Assembly (NCBI GenBank): GCA_963664815.2
Contig: CAXXHB010000003.1
Coordinates: 3,936,001 to 4,000,000, forward strand
Source of the DNA: Spirochaetota bacterium
Lineage (GTDB): Bacteria; Spirochaetota; UBA4802; UBA5550
Length of the DNA stretch: 64,000 bases
Direction of reading: 5' to 3'
Below the pieces are notes generated by a model. That model did no database searches, had not been told where the DNA came from, and saw only the letters and a list, made by a program, of their open reading frames with translations. Positions 10,395-20,308 of this stretch are shown here, one piece after another (the first letter of the stretch is position 1; each line of letters starts with the position of its first letter). The translations under genes and the position numbers were made by a program.

Positions 10395-13055
10395 TTAAAA
10401 CGCTTCCTTATACAGCTTCATTACGTCGCCCGGATCGTTCACCGGACGTCCATTGAACATCGTTGCAGTATCTGCAAGAGCGTGGAATGCACATATGCCA
10501 AGACCCTCTTCCGGGACGCCAACATCACGAAGTTTCATCGGATGCCCGACCTTCTTCATTAATGTCTCAATTGCATCGGCAGCCGCAAGTGCAGCATCTC
10601 TCGATTTCATTCCGGCAGTGCTGACTCCAAGCGCCTGAGCCACCATAGCCAGTTTTTCAGTGGAATGATCAACATTATAACGCATTACCTTCGGAAGAAT
10701 TATACCGCAGGCTTCCCCATGAGGTACATGATGCAGCGCTCCAACAGTATGGGCCATTCCATGTACAAGACCGACCTGTGCTATAGTAAACGCCCATCCC
10801 GCCATTGTTGCTGCCATCTGCATATTGAGACGCGCCTGTTCGTTTTTACCATTTTCAACAACAATCGGAAGGTTTTCATTTATGAGCCTTATAGCGTGCA
10901 GTGCCATTCCATCACAGATGTGATTTGCAAGTATGCTCATCATTGCCTCAACAGCATGAGTCATCGCATCCATTGCCGTTGCCACCGTCATACTCTTCGG
11001 AAGAGTCATGGTGAAACGGGGATCCAGAATAGCAGTATTGGGCATAATATATGGATCTGTAAGAAACAGTTTCCGCCCTGCCCCATGACTTGTTATAACA
11101 GCAGTGCTTGTCACTTCACTCCCTGTACCAGCAGTAGTCGGAATGCAGATATGAGGGATCTGCGGTTCCGCCAGCATCATAATTCTCAGATGATCGTTGG
11201 CCTTCCCGCCGTTTTTCAGCGTAACCGTGACAGTTTTTGCCGCGTCAATCACACTGCCGCCGCCAACGCTTACGATGCAGTCAGCTCCCAGCCTGCGAGC
11301 CTCTTCTGTCGCGCGGTCAACCGATTCGGTATCCGGATCGGCCGGTATTGAATCATAGACACCAACACATGCATCACCAAGAGTATCCTGGACAAGTTTT
11401 ACCAGCCCCGCCTTTCTTACTCCTTCATCTGTAAGTATTATAACTTTGCTTCCGCCGAGTCTGCGCACTTCTTTGCATACGGCAGTAAGACAGCCATGCC
11501 CTGCTATTACATTTGTAGGAGTATAATATGCGAATCCGTCAATTGACTTTTTATCAGACAGGAGTGACATGCTGAAATTGGATTTGCTGTCAGAAAGATT
11601 AGGGATATGGATGCGCTTCATCTGAGTATACTCATGAAGTCCGGCAGCTCCAAGTTCACGACCTATGCCGGACTGTTTATATCCTCCGAAGGGGCAAAGA
11701 TCAGAGAAAACATGATAGTTGTTGATCCACATTGTACCGGTGCGCACACCTTTAGCTATACGTTCCGCCCTTGCAATATTATTTGAAAAAACACCGCCGC
11801 CGAGACCATATATTGAATCGTTAGCTATTGCAACTGCCTCTTCGTCGCTGTCATATTTAATTACGCACACAACAGGTCCGAAGATCTCCTCCTGGGCAAT
11901 CTTCATGCTGTTTTTCACATTTGTAAAGATTGTCGGTGCATAATAAAATCCGCCATCAAATCCTTTTACCTCAACTCTTTTACCACCGGTAAGAAGCTGT
12001 GCTCCCTCCTCTTTTCCGATTTTCACATAACCTTCAACAGTATTAAGCTGCTCCTTGCTTACAAGCGGTCCCATGTGAGATGTTGGATCAAGCTGATATC
12101 CGACGCGAAGTTTCTCAGTCCTGGCCTTCATTTTATCGATAAACTCATCATATATTTTGGATGAAACGAGCACTCTTGTCCCGGATTCGCAAACCTGCCC
12201 CTGGTGGAAGAACGTACCGAAAACAGCACCGTCAACCGCAAGCTCCATATCCGCATCATCACATATGATGTTTGCCGACTTCCCGCCAAGTTCAAGTGTA
12301 ACTTTTTTTACAGTTCCGGATGCAAGCCTCATTATCTCACGTCCCACTTCTGAGCTTCCTGTAAGGGCAACCTTATCCACATCAGGATGTGTACAGAGAA
12401 CATCACCAAGTTCTCCGCCAGGTCCAGGCAGCACATTTAGTACCCCTTTAGGTATACCGGCCGCTTTCGCAGCTTCACCAAGTATTATAGCTGAAAGGGG
12501 GGTTACGGAAGCGGGCTTCAATACGAAAGTGTTTCCCATTGTAAGAGCTGCAGTTACCTTCCACATGGCAATAAGCATCGGAAAATTCCAGGGTGTAATA
12601 CCAACGCATACTCCTATAGGTTCGCGTCTGACATATTCACGCCCTGCAGCAAAAACGTTGCCAGAGTTATGAATCTCCTCTTCCCATGGGAAATTAGTCG
12701 CTGCATATTTGCTCCAGTTCCGGAGATATCCTATGATAACTAAAGGCCAAACCTTGGTAAGAGATATAATCTGCCCTGAATCCATAGATTCAGTCATAGC
12801 CAGCCTTGCACCCTGTTTTGCCACCTGGTCTGCAAAATCAAGCATTTTTGCCATTCTTGCATCAGGAGACAAGCCGCTCCAATCACCTTTTTCAAATGCC
12901 CTTTTTGCCGCAGCAATTGCCGCTTCAGCATCAGCTGTCCCTCCCCTTGCAACCGTAGCTATTGGATTACCCGTACCCGGGTCGTGTGATTCAAAAACCC
13001 TGCCGCTCTGGGCATCTACAAATTCTCCATCAATAAACAGTTTGTAATGATCCAT
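10395..13055 (-). CDS. Fusion of a non-acylating NAD(P)+ aldehyde dehydrogenase and an iron-containing alcohol dehydrogenase
   Basis: N-half: ITPWNFP, LKPAS, LELGGKS, GQVCESG, EEIFGPV, PFGGYKQSGIGRE. C-half: GGGSVID, PTTAGTGSE, DAMTHAVE, HGMAH, HHVPHG. ATG at 13055 is preceded by GGGAGG. Confidence 0.9.
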   Translation of the reverse strand: MDHYKLFIDGEFVDAQSGRVFESHDPGTGNPIATVARGGTADAEAAIAAAKRAFEKGDWSGLSPDARMAKMLDFADQVAKQGARLAMTESMDSGQIISLTKVWPLVIIGYLRNWSKYAATNFPWEEEIHNSGNVFAAGREYVRREPIGVCVGITPWNFPMLIAMWKVTAALTMGNTFVLKPASVTPLSAIILGEAAKAAGIPKGVLNVLPGPGGELGDVLCTHPDVDKVALTGSSEVGREIMRLASGTVKKVTLELGGKSANIICDDADMELAVDGAVFGTFFHQGQVCESGTRVLVSSKIYDEFIDKMKARTEKLRVGYQLDPTSHMGPLVSKEQLNTVEGYVKIGKEEGAQLLTGGKRVEVKGFDGGFYYAPTIFTNVKNSMKIAQEEIFGPVVCVIKYDSDEEAVAIANDSIYGLGGGVFSNNIARAERIAKGVRTGTMWINNYHVFSDLCPFGGYKQSGIGRELGAAGLHEYTQMKRIHIPNLSDSKSNFSMSLLSDKKSIDGFAYYTPTNVIAGHGCLTAVCKEVRRLGGSKVIILTDEGVRKAGLVKLVQDTLGDACVGVYDSIPADPDTESVDRATEEARRLGADCIVSVGGGSVIDAAKTVTVTLKNGGKANDHLRIMMLAEPQIPHICIPTTAGTGSEVTSTAVITSHGAGRKLFLTDPYIMPNTAILDPRFTMTLPKSMTVATAMDAMTHAVEAMMSILANHICDGMALHAIRLINENLPIVVENGKNEQARLNMQMAATMAGWAFTIAQVGLVHGMAHTVGALHHVPHGEACGIILPKVMRYNVDHSTEKLAMVAQALGVSTAGMKSRDAALAAADAIETLMKKVGHPMKLRDVGVPEEGLGICAFHALADTATMFNGRPVNDPGDVMKLYKEAF

Positions 13056-13140
13056 AAAACCTCCCTTATTTTTTTCCACATAAATATGTACCTGAAGTAC
13101 AACCGCCATATAATAAAAGAGATTAGAACGACTTGTCGCC

Positions 13141-13197
13141 CCGGTGTATAATTTCGAACTTTAAAACTGGTACCGGATTATAAAATGAAACTTTTAA
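13141..13197 (-). promoter_or_regulatory. Tandem direct repeat, candidate AraC-family operator for the ALDH-ADH gene
   Basis: CCGGtgTATAAttTcgAACTTT (13141) and CCGGatTATAAaaTgaAACTTT (13173): 16/22 identical, 32-bp period. Confidence 0.5.
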
Positions 13198-13232
13198 ATG
13201 AATATGAAAAACATACAGTTATGCCGGACGGT

Positions 13233-14336
13233 TTATTTTAACCTGGGTGATAAAAATTCCTTGCGGTAAACATGCGGGGCTTTGTTTGTAGACTGGTAAA
13301 ATGCTCTATAAAAGGACGATTTTGAATTGAAGCCTACACCATATGATATTGAGAGAATAGACCTTTCAGGCTCGGAGATAAGCATCTGCTTGGCTTCCTC
13401 AATTCTATACTGATTAATATAACGGTTAAAATTGGAATTCATTTTTTCATTAAGATACTGGGAAAGCTGATGAGGAGTTATTCCAAGTTCATCGGAAAGC
13501 TGTTTCAGACTGAGCTCTTCATCTGTGAACAGCTTTTCATGCTCCATAAGAAACTTAAGTTTATTACTGACCTCATCCTCATCTATTCCATTGAGCCTTG
13601 AACGGGTATACCGGGTTATAACCTTCTGTCTTGTAATCAACTGGAGGAATTCCGGACGGCGCTGGCTTATCATGAATGCACCAATTATAACCACACACAG
13701 AGATACTGAATAAAATTTTAAAATTAAAAGTGATCCTAACATATAACCTGTAATGAAGAGAATGCACAGGCCAAATGAAGCAAAATTAAAAACGATACTT
13801 ATCTCGGCAAGTTTCTGATTTCTTCCGCTTCTCCTCAGCTGGAGAAGGTCTCTTAACAGGAATGCATATATCAGAATAGATATCACTCCGGCTGAAACGA
13901 AAATCGACCTGATAAGTTCTGTACAGGTATGGCTGCTTACTGAAAAAACAGAGTGAAGTATTTCCGCTTTAACGACACGGGGAGAGAATGTATAAACTGC
14001 ATCCGGGCATGAAATAAACATCGCAGGAATGAAATATCTTTTTTTTATGACAGGTTTTTTAATCTCAGGCTGACTCACCAGAAAATAGGCGTGGTAACCT
14101 AACGGAGATATCAGTGCCGTAAATGTCAGATGAAAACATATCAGCTCGGGATTATCAAAAGCATACCCGTTGAATAAAAATCCCATCTGAAACAATTGAA
14201 GTGCCATAAGGAAAAAAAGAGCAAAGAGATTGAAATTCTCAACGCGCCGCGTTCCGACAAAAAGCTGCCCGATTGAAATGATGACCGCAAAACTTCCTAC
14301 AATATAGATGAAGGCAATCGATACCTGCTGAAACAT
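13233..14336 (-). CDS. Membrane-anchored AraC-family transcriptional regulator
   Basis: About 7 N-terminal TM helices, RYTRSRLNGID linker, HQLSQYLN...NFNRYINQYRIEEAK...VGFNSKSSFYRAF double HTH. Confidence 0.9.
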   Translation of the reverse strand: MFQQVSIAFIYIVGSFAVIISIGQLFVGTRRVENFNLFALFFLMALQLFQMGFLFNGYAFDNPELICFHLTFTALISPLGYHAYFLVSQPEIKKPVIKKRYFIPAMFISCPDAVYTFSPRVVKAEILHSVFSVSSHTCTELIRSIFVSAGVISILIYAFLLRDLLQLRRSGRNQKLAEISIVFNFASFGLCILFITGYMLGSLLILKFYSVSLCVVIIGAFMISQRRPEFLQLITRQKVITRYTRSRLNGIDEDEVSNKLKFLMEHEKLFTDEELSLKQLSDELGITPHQLSQYLNEKMNSNFNRYINQYRIEEAKQMLISEPERSILSISYGVGFNSKSSFYRAFYQSTNKAPHVYRKEFLSPRLK

Positions 14337-14652
14337 GAATCCTATCCCCGGAGCTGTTATATGAAAACACTCTGATTTAGAACTTTTTGTTTCTCTTTAC
14401 GGCAGATAAACCGAAGATGAATACATGATGCTCATTATCAGATTTACCGCCATTTTTACAGTTAGTTATAAAAAAATACAATCAAAAACCTGCTATTCCT
14501 TTATAATATCTCCTGTTACCCAGATAAGAAATCAAATGACTCTATCTTTGAAAGATTTTTCTGTGAGATCCGATAATCCAAATTTTATTGACAGGAAGAT
14601 ATTCCAATGAGGTATTTTTAATTCTAATCATCCTTTTATAATCAACGGTTTT

Positions 14653-15747
14653 ATGAAAAACATTATATTCCTTTTTAACATTATTGTCTATTCGGTTCAG
14701 ATAGCCTCCCTTATTCTGACTTTTTTTATCCTGTTAAAATTCCGGAATAAAACTTTTAAATATTACTTCTTTATTCTTCTTGTAACACTGCTTGATAATA
14801 TCGCAAATTCATTAATGCAGTTTCTGAACCTGACAATAATACCCGGCAAACCGGTTCTAATAGCAATCAACTACTTCTGCTCATTCCTTCTGACAACATG
14901 GTTTTTCTTTTCCGCACTGCTTGTTCATAACATTACAGGGAAAAAGATATCACAGACCAGACTGGCTTTTATAGTTTTAATCTCTATATACCCCGTTTTC
15001 TATGTTTTATCTGATGTTCTCTTTTACGGTATTCTTGGATTTTCCCCGTCAACAGAATTCTTTTCCTTCTGCGTCATCAGCACGCTTCTGATTAAAGGTT
15101 ACTATATATTCATTTTTCTCTACATGACAGTTATACTGTTTCTCTACAGGAAAAATATTTCCGATGATAGAATGGGAAGAATCGCATTTTCAGGAATGAT
15201 ATTCTCATTTCTTTTCATTCCGGCGTTCCTTGTAGACCTCTCTTGCAAACTTAACGGTTTTTATTTTTATTCGGTTCTTATCCTTGTCTGGAATTTAATG
15301 AATATATTATATCTCTGGAAAAATATCTTTTCATTACCGAACGGTTATTACGAAAAAACAGCTAAAGATTCAACAAAAGATCCCAAGACACCTCCCATCC
15401 CGGGAACCATGATAAAAAACAACATGCTGACTGTAAAAGATGAAGAAAGCTATATATTTTTAAAGTTTGAAGATATAATTACTGTGAAAGCATCAAACAA
15501 AAAAACTCAGATAAAAACAGCAAACCATCTCTATACAACTGATTGTACACTCGGAGAACTGGAGAGAAAAAGCAGCGGAAAGCTTCTCCGCGCCCACAGG
15601 AATACACTCGTAAACCCTGCAAAGGTAAAAAAAGTCGAAAAATATTTTTCAGGTACATTTGCCGTTATCATGGAAAATGATGAAATCGTCGAAATGAGCA
15701 GAAGAGTTTCATCTGAATTCAGAAAAAATTTTCTGAACCAGCATTGA
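14653..15747 (+). CDS. Membrane-anchored LytTR-domain transcriptional regulator
   Basis: About 7 TM helices followed by a LytTR domain (TLGELE, LLRAHRNTLVN, EMSRR); no receiver domain. Confidence 0.85.
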   Translation: MKNIIFLFNIIVYSVQIASLILTFFILLKFRNKTFKYYFFILLVTLLDNIANSLMQFLNLTIIPGKPVLIAINYFCSFLLTTWFFFSALLVHNITGKKISQTRLAFIVLISIYPVFYVLSDVLFYGILGFSPSTEFFSFCVISTLLIKGYYIFIFLYMTVILFLYRKNISDDRMGRIAFSGMIFSFLFIPAFLVDLSCKLNGFYFYSVLILVWNLMNILYLWKNIFSLPNGYYEKTAKDSTKDPKTPPIPGTMIKNNMLTVKDEESYIFLKFEDIITVKASNKKTQIKTANHLYTTDCTLGELERKSSGKLLRAHRNTLVNPAKVKKVEKYFSGTFAVIMENDEIVEMSRRVSSEFRKNFLNQH

Positions 15748-15788
15748 TTAAATTTTTAAATAGCATTTTATATTCCATAATCTTCATC

Positions 15789-15841
15789 ACCGCCTGTCTC
15801 CGGCAAGCTGCCGTTTATCGCCAGAATAATACCATTCATCG
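15789..15841 (+). promoter_or_regulatory. Three LytTR-type direct repeats at 21-bp period
   Basis: ACCGCCTGTC (15789), GCCGTTTATC (15810), ACCATTCATC (15831); resemble the AlgR box ACCGTTCGTC. Confidence 0.7.
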
Positions 15842-15944
15842 GATTTCCGGAGACAACAGAAAAATAATATGTTATCTGTTAAAATAAATTATCATATTAC
15901 GCTCTGAGGCAGGATGATAATAAATCTATTAATGGAGACAGAAG

Positions 15945-17003
15945 ATGTATTCAGGTATTATTAAAAAAAGTTTACACATGTTACTGCCGGTTGCTTTAAT
16001 CGCGATTTTAAGCGGAACATCATGCAGTACACTCAACATGGGGAAGTATAGCAGACTTGCAGACAAAATTAAAAGCAACGCAAGCAGCACAATTAGTGAG
16101 GATAGTTCATCTGATGAATCAGTTATTGACAACATGGCATCGTCAGGCGGGGTGAAAGACTTTGGAATGACTAGCAGCGCTCATTCAAAAAATGTCGGAA
16201 AGATTGTATTCTCAAAAAAATTTATTGAATTTAAAAACGAAAATGAAAGTTCTTTTACAGATAAATTTCTTTATAAGGGAATACAATACGACGAAGCATT
16301 CTTTATGGCCTACTTCCCCAGATCTTTTCATAACCAGGCAATAAAAGATGGAGTCAAACCTTCATCGGGAAAATCGACTATGATCTTTTCATTTACCATA
16401 AACGGCAAGAAGGTGGCAAAAACAGCTGAAATGAGCTTTAACGGAAAAAAATTCAAGGAGTGGACAGGTTTTTCAGCCGGACCAATAAATATAATAGGGA
16501 ATGAGCCCTTTCAGAAACTCTTTATTGAAAACGTCAGCCCTCTCATGACAGAATATGAAAATAAGGTTAAATATGAAATAACTTTTAAAACTAAAATTTC
16601 CGGAGGAAAAATGTGGTCGCCGGCAAAACCTATGGCAGTAGGTGAATTCACCAGTATCATAGATAAAAACATGAAGGGGAGGCTGATGCCAAAACCCGGA
16701 GTGAAACTTTCCAGGGCACTGGAGGATAAAATTAAGAAAACTCTAGTCAACAACTATGGAGAAATTCTCAGAGTTGTAGCGCCTGAACCGGACTGGATAA
16801 TTAAAAGAAACGAACTTACAGGAATCCCCATTAAAAGAGAGCGGAGAGTTGCGGCCGCAATTCACTTAAAAACAGGCGAATATAAGGTTTACTTTTATTA
16901 TGTCAGCCAGCAATATAATGGCAGTAAATATTCAGACGCTGTATATTATGAAAGCGTAGCTAATGAGGAGTATGACATAGACAAAAACGATATCTACAAA
17001 TAA
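15945..17003 (+). CDS. Hypothetical lipoprotein
   Basis: Signal peptide with SGTSC lipobox, Ser-rich tether, two soluble domains; GGAG RBS. Confidence 0.75.
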   Translation: MYSGIIKKSLHMLLPVALIAILSGTSCSTLNMGKYSRLADKIKSNASSTISEDSSSDESVIDNMASSGGVKDFGMTSSAHSKNVGKIVFSKKFIEFKNENESSFTDKFLYKGIQYDEAFFMAYFPRSFHNQAIKDGVKPSSGKSTMIFSFTINGKKVAKTAEMSFNGKKFKEWTGFSAGPINIIGNEPFQKLFIENVSPLMTEYENKVKYEITFKTKISGGKMWSPAKPMAVGEFTSIIDKNMKGRLMPKPGVKLSRALEDKIKKTLVNNYGEILRVVAPEPDWIIKRNELTGIPIKRERRVAAAIHLKTGEYKVYFYYVSQQYNGSKYSDAVYYESVANEEYDIDKNDIYK

Positions 17004-17010
17004 TTTACTC

Positions 17011-17041
17011 CCCGCCGGATTTAACTCCGTCATCCGGCGGG
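17011..17041. terminator. Bidirectional terminator
   Basis: CCCGCCGGAT...ATCCGGCGGG inverted repeat between convergent genes. Confidence 0.75.
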
Positions 17042-17063
17042 AATTTAATTTTATATATGCCTG

Positions 17064-18698
17064 TTATCTTTTTTTCTGATCAATCTCCCTGAGAGCCTTC
17101 CTGTCCATCTTTCCTATTGATGTTTTTGGAATATCATCAGTGAACTCTATAAATTCAGGGCATTTGTACGGGGCAAGCTGTTGTTTACAGAACTCCCTGA
17201 TTTCGCTTTCAGTAAGCTTCTCATTATCATAAAGCACAACATAGGCTTTTACTGTCTCACCTGACTGCTCATGAGGCACCCCGATTGTACATGCCTCTTT
17301 GATTTTAGGATGTGAGTAGAGAACCTCGTCAACATCCCGTGGATAGACATTAAATCCGCTTCTGATTATCATATCCTTCTTTCTGTCAACGATAAAGACA
17401 TATCCCTCATCATCCATATACCCGATGTCACCAGTGAACAGGTATCCGTTTTTATCAAAAACTTTTGCAGTCTCTGAGGGATTGTTCCAGTACTCCTTCA
17501 TAACCTGAGGACCCTTTGCGAGTATCTCGCCGGCCTGACCAAGTGGCATCTCCTTTGTACTGTCATCAACATCGACAATTTTTATAAATGTATTCGGGAT
17601 TGGCACACCTACACTTCCCACTTTCGGCCGGTTTACAGGATTAATTGTAACAATATTTGTTGTCTCCGAGCTGCCGTATCCCTCCATTACACCAGCCCCG
17701 GATATCTCTTTAAGTCTTTTAATTGATTCAACCGGCAGCGGTGCTGACCCGCAGAAAAAGCCCTTTATATTCTTAAGCTTCGATGATGCTATATCGGGAT
17801 GAAGTATCATGGCATTAACAAGACGTGGAATTGTGCACCATACAGTCGGCTCATGCTTGTTGATATTCTGAAGAATGAGATTAACATCAGGCTGTGCAAC
17901 CAGTACAATAGATCCCCCCCCGAGGAGAGTTGTGTTTACATTTGTGTTCCATCCATACACATGAAACAGGGGTATTACGCAGAGATTCTTCATATCCGCA
18001 ATATCAAGTACTCCGCCGATCCATAATCCATTCTGCAGACACATGGAGAGTATATTCCTGTTCGACAGGCAGCACCCTTTTGAAACACCGGTTGTACCAC
18101 CGGTATATTGAAGCATGGCAACATCGTCAGATTTTATTTCAACTGAAGGCTCCTCATCTCTTCCATCTTTTATCAGATTGTCAAAATCGTAACAATTATC
18201 GCCCCCTTTAACAGCTGGTGCGCCCTGCGGATTAACTATTACAACCTTTTTGAGACAGCAATCCGGATCCTTCTGAAGTGCAAAAGCCTTTTCAGCAAAC
18301 ATCGACAATACTATACATATCTCCGAAGTACAGTCATTTATCTGCTGTTTCAGCTCAGAAAATGTATACAGGGGATTCAACCCCACATTTATTGTTCCTG
18401 ATTTATATCCCGCATGGATTGCTATGACATGCTGCGGAATATTTGGAAGCAGAAATACAATCCTGTCACCCTTTTCTGCTTTGAGTTTATCAGTAAAAGC
18501 ATTTGCAAGTTTCCTTGAAAGTGTATTCACCATTCCATACGACAACTGTACGTCTCCAAAATAGAGATATGTTTTATCAGGCCGCTTTTTAACATTCCGT
18601 ATAAACCAGTCTTTCACCGCATCATCGGGAACTGTTATCTCCTTCGGCATCTGCTCGTCATAATATTTAAGCCAGAAATTGCTTTCATAAACAGACAT
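17064..18698 (-). CDS. Long-chain fatty acid-CoA ligase (FadD family)
   Basis: QYTGGTTGVSKG P-loop, EGYGSSET, FTGDIG, VDRKKDMIIRSGFNVYP, PKTSIGK. Confidence 0.92.
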   Translation of the reverse strand: MSVYESNFWLKYYDEQMPKEITVPDDAVKDWFIRNVKKRPDKTYLYFGDVQLSYGMVNTLSRKLANAFTDKLKAEKGDRIVFLLPNIPQHVIAIHAGYKSGTINVGLNPLYTFSELKQQINDCTSEICIVLSMFAEKAFALQKDPDCCLKKVVIVNPQGAPAVKGGDNCYDFDNLIKDGRDEEPSVEIKSDDVAMLQYTGGTTGVSKGCCLSNRNILSMCLQNGLWIGGVLDIADMKNLCVIPLFHVYGWNTNVNTTLLGGGSIVLVAQPDVNLILQNINKHEPTVWCTIPRLVNAMILHPDIASSKLKNIKGFFCGSAPLPVESIKRLKEISGAGVMEGYGSSETTNIVTINPVNRPKVGSVGVPIPNTFIKIVDVDDSTKEMPLGQAGEILAKGPQVMKEYWNNPSETAKVFDKNGYLFTGDIGYMDDEGYVFIVDRKKDMIIRSGFNVYPRDVDEVLYSHPKIKEACTIGVPHEQSGETVKAYVVLYDNEKLTESEIREFCKQQLAPYKCPEFIEFTDDIPKTSIGKMDRKALREIDQKKR

Positions 18699-18968
18699 AA
18701 TATCCTCCTACCTTTATCTATATACTCTTGCGGAAAGAATCATGACAGGGAAAACAAAGTTTTACATTTTAAAACCAGCAACCCTGCATTAATTATTACC
18801 GGTTAAAATTATAAGTCTTAGAAAAAAAATTTCATCCATATATATATATCATAAAGAAATATCTTGAAATTCATTGTTTTTTTGTTAAATTTTATTGTTG
18901 AAAATGATCTTACCTATACGCAACATACAGCAAATATAAATAAAAACTTCTGCCTTAAAGGATAGCAG

Positions 18969-20090
18969 ATGGAAGACCTGTTAAATCTTATGCTATTTTA
19001 TGGATTTTTCCTTGGAATAACACTCGCAATAGGGCATCTCTCTTTGAAAAAAGAGAAAAAAAGTGGCTACCTGTATACAGTGTCAATTTTTACAATGGGA
19101 CTCTGCCTTTTAAATATGGCACTATATTCGACAAGGATGATAAGATACTACGAGTATTACTGCACGGCATTGCTCCCGGTTTCATACTTCGCAACTGCAA
19201 GCCAGTATGTCAGATACAAGATTCTCATTACACCGGGAGATCAACACACATCACATAATTGGAGCTATTATCTGCCGGCCATTATTGTTTTTTTTATAAT
19301 ACTTATTCCGGCGTTGAATTCCGACCTTGATTACAACCCTAATATGATACGGTTTTATCCTGTCCTTAACAGTGAATTTAAAGAGCTTCAACTTTACTAC
19401 AAAATACTTTTACTGCTGTATCCGCTGCTTAGCATTCTTCATTTTATCCTGTTCTCACTGTCTCTCATAGACGCATCATTTATATGGAACAGAAAAAATT
19501 CACACCAGAATCTGATAGTCTTCAAGTCTTTGTATGTATGCGGACTGCTTATCTGTCTTTCATCCTGTTTTGCTTTCGCAGGTTGTCTCTACTCCCTCAA
19601 TCTGGTAAAGGCTGGAATATTTATCGGAACTACCGGGATGCTTCTTACATATATCTTTGCAGTACGTTACCCGAAGTTCAGCATAAAACTGCACGAAGAA
19701 GTCCAGAGATACAGGTACATGAAGTCAAAGATCAAAGGGCTTGATGTCATAGAAATAATCGGTAAACTCGAACATGCAATGAAGATAGAAAGAGCATATG
19801 CAGTAGAGGGGATAACCATAAGAGATATGGCCACTGAACTTGGTGTAACAGTACATCAGCTATCAGAGATTCTTAACAACCATATGGGTAAAAATTTCAA
19901 TTCATATATTAACAGCTACCGGATTGAAGAATCCAAAAAACTTCTCCTTGAAAAACCGGAAATGAGTATAATTGTCATTTCGGGGGACGTAGGATTCAGT
20001 TCTTCATCAATGTTCAGTACAATTTTTTCAAAAATTGAGGGTTTGTCACCAAGAGAATTCCGTAAAATTAAGAATATTTGTAAAAAATAA
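18969..20090 (+). CDS. Membrane-anchored AraC-family transcriptional regulator
   Basis: N-terminal TM bundle, RYMKSKIKGLD linker, HQLSEILN...NFNSYINSYRIEE HTH; divergent from fadD. Confidence 0.9.
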   Translation: MEDLLNLMLFYGFFLGITLAIGHLSLKKEKKSGYLYTVSIFTMGLCLLNMALYSTRMIRYYEYYCTALLPVSYFATASQYVRYKILITPGDQHTSHNWSYYLPAIIVFFIILIPALNSDLDYNPNMIRFYPVLNSEFKELQLYYKILLLLYPLLSILHFILFSLSLIDASFIWNRKNSHQNLIVFKSLYVCGLLICLSSCFAFAGCLYSLNLVKAGIFIGTTGMLLTYIFAVRYPKFSIKLHEEVQRYRYMKSKIKGLDVIEIIGKLEHAMKIERAYAVEGITIRDMATELGVTVHQLSEILNNHMGKNFNSYINSYRIEESKKLLLEKPEMSIIVISGDVGFSSSSMFSTIFSKIEGLSPREFRKIKNICKK

Positions 20091-20308
20091 AGATTAATCT
20101 TTCTTTCAGTCAGTAATGTTATTTTAAAAAAAACTCTTAAAAAAAATATTTTTGCAACTTTTATTGGTTATATTGGTTATTAAGTTTGAATTAATTTTTA
20201 TAGAACATTAAAAAACCTTGCGTTTCCGCAGATTAAAACATGATGATATTTAAGATATTCACTAATAATTAAAAACTATATTTTTATTTAAGATACTATG
20301 AGGATGAT

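Noticed and set aside
10453-13047. Long antisense ORFs (e.g. 10665-11351, 12157-12672) and similar shadow ORFs over other genes
   Set aside because: They lie opposite well-supported genes and have no recognisable motifs or RBS.
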